The notes beneath the pieces are model-generated. The model saw nothing but the letters and a program-made list of their open reading frames with translations, made no database searches and was not told where the DNA came from. Below, one piece after another: positions 59,705 to 64,000 of a stretch of DNA of 64,000 nucleotides; within the stretch, counting starts at the first letter, position 1; every line of letters begins with the position of its first letter. The stretch is from Escherichia coli (GTDB taxonomy: Bacteria > Pseudomonadota > Gammaproteobacteria > Enterobacterales > Enterobacteriaceae), in assembly GCF_030013595.1 (NCBI RefSeq), contig NZ_CP122768.1; one strand, given 5' to 3'. Both the position numbers and the translations under genes were made by a program.

Positions 59705-59711
59705 TGTGCAC

Positions 59712-59739
59712 AAAAAAGCCAGTTCAAATGAACTGGCTT
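59712..59739 (-). terminator. Intrinsic terminator of emrB
   Basis: Reverse strand: stem aagccagttc/gaactggctt followed by a U-run, 8 nt after the emrB stop. Confidence 0.7.
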
Positions 59740-59747
59740 AGTTGTAC

Positions 59748-61286
59748 TTAGTGCGCACCACCTCCGCCGCCACCTGCGCCAAATGGCGGTTTAGCAAACC
59801 ACACCAGCCCCAGCAGGACGAGGAATATCCCGGCTGACATCCAGAAGATCTCATTGGCGGAAATTATCAGCCCCTGATTGGTGATCTGCTGGGCAATCCA
59901 GCCTGATGCCTGCTGTTGCGTCATTCCCAGTCCTTCCAGTTGACTGTACATCGCCTGGGCATTCGGGTTGAACGGGTTTACCGACTCGGTTAACTGTGCG
60001 TGGTGCATCGACTCGCGGTTGGTCCACATGGTGGTGGTGATGGATGTGCCGATAGACCCCGCCAGCGTTCGCGTAAAGTTAGAGAGGCTCGATGCCGCCG
60101 CCAGTCGTTCCGGTGGCAAACCAGACAGCGTAATGGTGGTCAGCGGCATAAAGAAGCAGGCCACCGCAAAACCCTGGATAAACTGCGGCCAGGCCGACGC
60201 GCCAAAATCCATACCTGGTTCAAAGGTATAGGCACGCCAGTAGAAGCAGACGGCATACATAATAAAGCTGAAGGTTACCAGCCGCCGCATATCCAGTTTA
60301 TGCGCGAAGCGGCCGATAATCGGCGACAGGATCACCGGAATAATCCCTACCGGCGCAGAGGCCAGACCTGCCCACGTTGCCGTGTAACCGTAGACCTCCT
60401 GCAACAACTGCGGCAGCAGAACAATCGCGCCGAAGTAGAGCATATACGCGAGGCTGATACACAAGCAGCCGATGGTGAAGTTGCGCGACTTAAACAACGA
60501 CAGATCGACTATCGGGTTATCGTCGGTCAGCTCCCAGACAATCAGGAAGCAGATAGCCACCACCGCCACCACGGTGAGGATGATAATTTCCTGTGATGAG
60601 AACCAGTCCAGCTCTTTACCGCGGTCGAGCATAATCTGCAGGCTGCCGATACCAATAACCAGCAGTGCCAGCCCCACGGCATCAATCCGCCGCCGTTCGG
60701 TGCGGGTTTCACGTCCGCGCAGAGTTTGCAGTGTCATCAACACCACCGCCACGCCAATCGGCACGTTGATGAAGAATATCCAGCCCCAGTGGTAATTATC
60801 GCTGATATAACCGCCGAGGATCGGGCCGCAAATTGGCGCGACAATCACCGTCATCGACCACAACGCCAGTGCGATCGAGCGTTTGGCTGGTGGGTAGTTA
60901 TTCAGCAATAGACTTTGCGAAAGCGGAATTAACGGCCCGGCGACAATCCCCTGAATCACGCGGAAGAAGATCAGCATATTCAGGCTGCTGGAGACACCAC
61001 ACGCCCACGACGCAATAGCAAAGGCGATGGTGGACCAGAGGAACAGTTTCACTTCCCCGACGCGCTTTGCCAGCCAGCCGGTAAGCGGGATCGAGATGGC
61101 ATTCGCCACCCCGAAAGAAGTGATTACCCACGTTCCCTGGCTGAGCGATGAGCCCAGATTCCCGGCGATAGTGGGGATCGCCACGTTAGCAATGGTGGAG
61201 TCCAGCACCTGCATGAATGTCGCCAGTGACAGCGCAATCGTCATAATGACCAGTTGCGCGCCTTCCAGCGGTTTTTGCTGTTGCAT
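59748..61286 (-). CDS. emrB: Multidrug efflux MFS transporter EmrB
   Basis: Starts MQQQKPLEGAQLVIMTIALSLATFMQ...; 14-TMS MFS; Gly-rich C-terminus GAGGGGGGAH. Confidence 0.95.
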   Translation of the reverse strand: MQQQKPLEGAQLVIMTIALSLATFMQVLDSTIANVAIPTIAGNLGSSLSQGTWVITSFGVANAISIPLTGWLAKRVGEVKLFLWSTIAFAIASWACGVSSSLNMLIFFRVIQGIVAGPLIPLSQSLLLNNYPPAKRSIALALWSMTVIVAPICGPILGGYISDNYHWGWIFFINVPIGVAVVLMTLQTLRGRETRTERRRIDAVGLALLVIGIGSLQIMLDRGKELDWFSSQEIIILTVVAVVAICFLIVWELTDDNPIVDLSLFKSRNFTIGCLCISLAYMLYFGAIVLLPQLLQEVYGYTATWAGLASAPVGIIPVILSPIIGRFAHKLDMRRLVTFSFIMYAVCFYWRAYTFEPGMDFGASAWPQFIQGFAVACFFMPLTTITLSGLPPERLAAASSLSNFTRTLAGSIGTSITTTMWTNRESMHHAQLTESVNPFNPNAQAMYSQLEGLGMTQQQASGWIAQQITNQGLIISANEIFWMSAGIFLVLLGLVWFAKPPFGAGGGGGGAH

Positions 61287-61302
61287 TACACGCACCTCTG
61301 GA

Positions 61303-62475
61303 TTAGCCAGCGTTAGCTTTTACGATATCGTCGATCAGTTTATTGACAGGTGCCAGGCTGATTTCACGCGCGGTGCTTACCGCTACCGGTGTGGAACGTA
61401 CTTTATTTGCCAGTACCTGACCGTCACGGTTAGTGGTATTGACGCTCACCAGCGTGGATAAACCGATACGCAGCGGGTATTGCTCCAGCTGTTTTTGGTC
61501 CAGTTCGATACGAACAGGCAGACGCTGAACGACTTTGATCCAGTTACCAGTCGCATTTTGCGCCGGAAGCAGTGAGAACGCGCTACCTGTGCCCATATCC
61601 AGACCAACCACTTTACCGGTGTATTTCACATCATCGCCGTAAATATCGGTGGTGATGGTGACCGGCTGACCGATGCGCATATTGGCAATCTGCGTCTCTT
61701 TAAAGTTGGCATCCACCCACATATTGGTGGCTGGAACGACCGCCATCAGCGGCGTCGTTGGGCTAATTTGTGCCCCAGGCTGTACCGCGCGGCGGGAGAC
61801 ATAACCGGTCATCGGACTGACAATACGAGTACGCTCCAGCGCCAGCCAGGCGTTACGTACTTCGGTGGCAGCCTGTTGCACGGCAGGCTGATCTTCCAGT
61901 TTAGTCCCCAGAATCATCGCCTGATTGGCATTGTATTGTTGAATCGCGACGTCCAGTTGCGCCTGGGCACTGGTGACGGCGTCGCGGGCGTGTTGCAACT
62001 CTTCGCGACCAATCAGGTTGGCATTGCCCAGCGGCACACGGCGGTTGTAGTCGCTTTGTGCTTTCGCGAGGGCGATTTTTTGCACCTCAATATTCGCCTG
62101 CAACTGTTTGCTGTTAATCATCAGCTGGTGGGTTTGGCGAACGCTGGAAGCCAGTGCAGTTTTGGCTTTTTCAAACGCCTGGCGAGCATCTGTCGGGTCG
62201 AGAGTGACCAGCACATCGCCTTCTTTTACAAAATCGGTGTTATCGGCCCAGACTTTCGTCACGCTGCCAGACACCTGAGACATAATTTGAATCTGATTCC
62301 CTGCCACGTATGCGTCATCAGTTTCTTCGAAATGACGCAGTACTAAAAACCAATAAATCCCTATCGCTACGGCAATAATTATAAAGAGCAAGGTGAGAAG
62401 GAGGAGCAGACGCTTACGTTTGCCGCTCTTCTTTACCGGTTGCTGCGGGGTTTGAGTCTCCGCATTTGCGCTCAT
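61303..62475 (-). CDS. emrA: Multidrug efflux membrane fusion protein EmrA
   Basis: Starts MSANAETQTPQQPVKKSGKRKRLLLLLTLL...; the track ORF is extended 4 codons. Confidence 0.95.
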   Translation of the reverse strand: MSANAETQTPQQPVKKSGKRKRLLLLLTLLFIIIAVAIGIYWFLVLRHFEETDDAYVAGNQIQIMSQVSGSVTKVWADNTDFVKEGDVLVTLDPTDARQAFEKAKTALASSVRQTHQLMINSKQLQANIEVQKIALAKAQSDYNRRVPLGNANLIGREELQHARDAVTSAQAQLDVAIQQYNANQAMILGTKLEDQPAVQQAATEVRNAWLALERTRIVSPMTGYVSRRAVQPGAQISPTTPLMAVVPATNMWVDANFKETQIANMRIGQPVTITTDIYGDDVKYTGKVVGLDMGTGSAFSLLPAQNATGNWIKVVQRLPVRIELDQKQLEQYPLRIGLSTLVSVNTTNRDGQVLANKVRSTPVAVSTAREISLAPVNKLIDDIVKANAG

Positions 62476-62525
62476 ATTGTTCTCCACGATCTTCTTAACT
62501 CATCGGCTGAGCCGACCTGCTTGCC

Positions 62526-62554
62526 AAAAAGGCCAGCATGTTGCGATGCTGGCC
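62526..62554 (-). terminator. Hairpin plus U-run between emrR and emrA (attenuator or partial terminator inside the emrRAB operon)
   Basis: Stem ggccagcat/atgctggcc with 6-nt loop; T-runs on both strands. Confidence 0.55.
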
Positions 62555-62601
62555 AGTCATTTTTTCTTTTATAAATCTGGATTTTTGAGCGAGATGACGC
62601 G

Positions 62602-63132
62602 TTAGCTCATCGCTTCGAGAACCACACCGTCTTGTTCCATCTGGTCGAGACGGGAGAGCAATTTGCGGGTGATTTGCTCGAGCTGATCTTTTTCTGTTGT
62701 GCTGAGCGCGGACCAGAGTTGATGCAGGCAGTTATGCTGCGGTGGTAAAACCTCGCGCAAAAACTCGTGACCTTTTTCCGTTAATTGCAGATGCAGGCAG
62801 CGGCGATCGTTATCGCTTTCACGACGTTCAATCCAACCGCGTTTTTCCAGTTCATCGGCAATACGCGTCGCGTTGGTACGGGATGATCCAAGAGCACAAC
62901 TCAATTCAGAAGGCTGAATACTGTGGTTTTCCTGAGACTCCAGCGTAATCAACGCCATAAACAACGTCTCGTTAATCCCCTGAGCCTTCAGCATTTTATT
63001 GCGGTTCTCCAGCAGCTTGCTTTGCATATGCATGCAAAGACGAGTCAGAAGGATCTCCTGATAAGGAAAATCTTCGTGGCGGCTGGCGCGAAATTTTAGC
63101 ATTTGTTCAATGGGCGTAAACGAACTATCCAT
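62602..63132 (-). CDS. mprA: MarR-family repressor of emrAB (EmrR/MprA)
   Basis: 176-aa [35 protein letters not shown]... Confidence 0.95.
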
Positions 63133-63222
63133 TTGGGTATGACCTCATTAATTTCAGCCGATATAGTAACGACAGTGACAAATAAAGTAAATGTATTGTT
63201 TTAGAAAAATGATTCTTGTGGG

Positions 63223-63558
63223 TTATATAATCGCCATCACTTTCCAGGCGAGCCCGTAGGCCAGCGCACTAAGCAGTGTTGGGATGATAATGCTGCGTGT
63301 TTTATAGAAACTGGCACCCAGTACCGCGAAGCCGACCAGCGTGGGCACGAAACGGCGTGTATCGTGCATCACTTCTGGTGCGGTAGAGACAACCAGCAGA
63401 GCGCATATCGAGGCGATGCCAATGGTGTCGAGCAATATGCCTATCGCGCCACGTTTGGTTGGGCGGGCATTACCCACACGCAGGCGCAGCGGCAAATAGC
63501 GGAAGCAATAATTCGCCGCGCCAACCAGTAACCCAAGCAGCAGAACCTCATAGCTCAT
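63223..63558 (-). CDS. ygaH: Branched-chain amino acid (L-valine) exporter small subunit YgaH
   Basis: 111-aa membrane [31 protein letters not shown]... Confidence 0.9.
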   Translation of the reverse strand: MSYEVLLLGLLVGAANYCFRYLPLRLRVGNARPTKRGAIGILLDTIGIASICALLVVSTAPEVMHDTRRFVPTLVGFAVLGASFYKTRSIIIPTLLSALAYGLAWKVMAII

Positions 63559-64000
63559 CGGGCGCTCCTTGCCAGAATGCCTGGATTAACGCAGTGAGGC
63601 AGCCACAGACAATGCCTGCCAGAATGGCGACGGGAATAGAAAATAGCGTTACGCCTGCAAGGGCACCAACTAACGCTGCGGTAACGCAAAGAGATTGTTT
63701 GCGCTGGAAAGAGGCGAGCAGGAAACTCATAAAGAGTGCCGGAAGCATAAAACCTAATGCTGCTTCAACGGCGGGATATCCTTGCAGCAAGCCGCTGCCG
63801 GAGAATGCCCCTATTACCGTACCAAATACCCACGATGACCATGAACTGAAGGCAATGCCGATCATCCAGTTCTCGCTCCAGCGGCGATTATTGCGTACCA
63901 GTTTTGCGGTTGCGGCGGCAAAAACCTCATCCGTCAGGCCAAATGCCCACAGGGCGGTTTTCGATTTTTGCAGACGCTGAATAATACGGCTACGCAGTGA
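63548..64000 (-). CDS. ygaZ: Branched-chain amino acid exporter large subunit YgaZ (AzlC family), N-terminus beyond the window edge
   Basis: Reverse frame open from the window edge to the stop at 63548-63550; C-terminal part ...[21 protein letters not shown]...QGAPDEL; 11-bp overlap with ygaH. Confidence 0.88.
   Translation of the reverse strand, partial: SLRSRIIQRLQKSKTALWAFGLTDEVFAAATAKLVRNNRRWSENWMIGIAFSSWSSWVFGTVIGAFSGSGLLQGYPAVEAALGFMLPALFMSFLLASFQRKQSLCVTAALVGALAGVTLFSIPVAILAGIVCGCLTALIQAFWQGAPDEL

Larger units (their letters stand above)
59001..59707 (-). mobile_element. IS200-like insertion sequence (IS200/IS605 family), ~707 bp; outer boundaries approximate (+/- ~10 bp)
   Basis: 152-aa HuH/Y1 transposase gene flanked by two similar subterminal hairpins and an RBS-sequestering stem-loop; size and layout match IS200. 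Confidence 0.8.

Noticed and set aside
63548-63865. 105-aa ORF listed as a stand-alone gene
   Set aside because: It is the C-terminal part of ygaZ, whose reading frame continues to the window edge; not a separate gene.

Overview
This window reads as an Escherichia coli-type chromosomal segment, almost entirely coding, in the reverse-complement of the usual K-12 map orientation. All gene calls rest on my reading of the six-frame translations and of motifs in the sequence; no database search or alignment was run, and every comparison to K-12 is from memory. Gene order: nlpD (5' partial)-rpoS | MarR-type regulator with a UbiX/UbiD-type phenolic-acid decarboxylase operon | ygbN-M-L-K-J and ygbI | pphB-mutS | ygbA | tandem-TOBE molbindin gene | fhlA-hypEDCBA, divergent from hycABCDEFGHI | secreted ORF plus HigB/HigA-like toxin-antitoxin pair | ascBF, divergent from ascG | hydN-hypF | norWV, divergent from norR | gutQ-srlR-gutM-srlDBEA | mltB-pncC-recA-recX-alaS-csrA | tRNA-Ser and three tRNA-Arg | yqaB-yqaA-gshA | micA sRNA | luxS | IS200-like element | emrBA-emrR(mprA)-ygaH-ygaZ (partial). 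Most of this is conserved core genome. The content I do not recall at these positions in K-12 is: (1) a ~1.8 kb module between hycI and ascB carrying an uncharacterised secreted 257-aa protein and a HigBA-like pair, which is the best candidate for something undescribed; (2) the decarboxylase operon in the polymorphic rpoS-mutS region; (3) a small molbindin gene directly after fhlA; (4) an IS200-like element between luxS and emrB. There is also an apparent homopolymer frameshift in yqaA and a tRNA-Arg array with three intact copies plus a 19-nt fragment. No CRISPR array, rRNA, prophage or integrase was seen.
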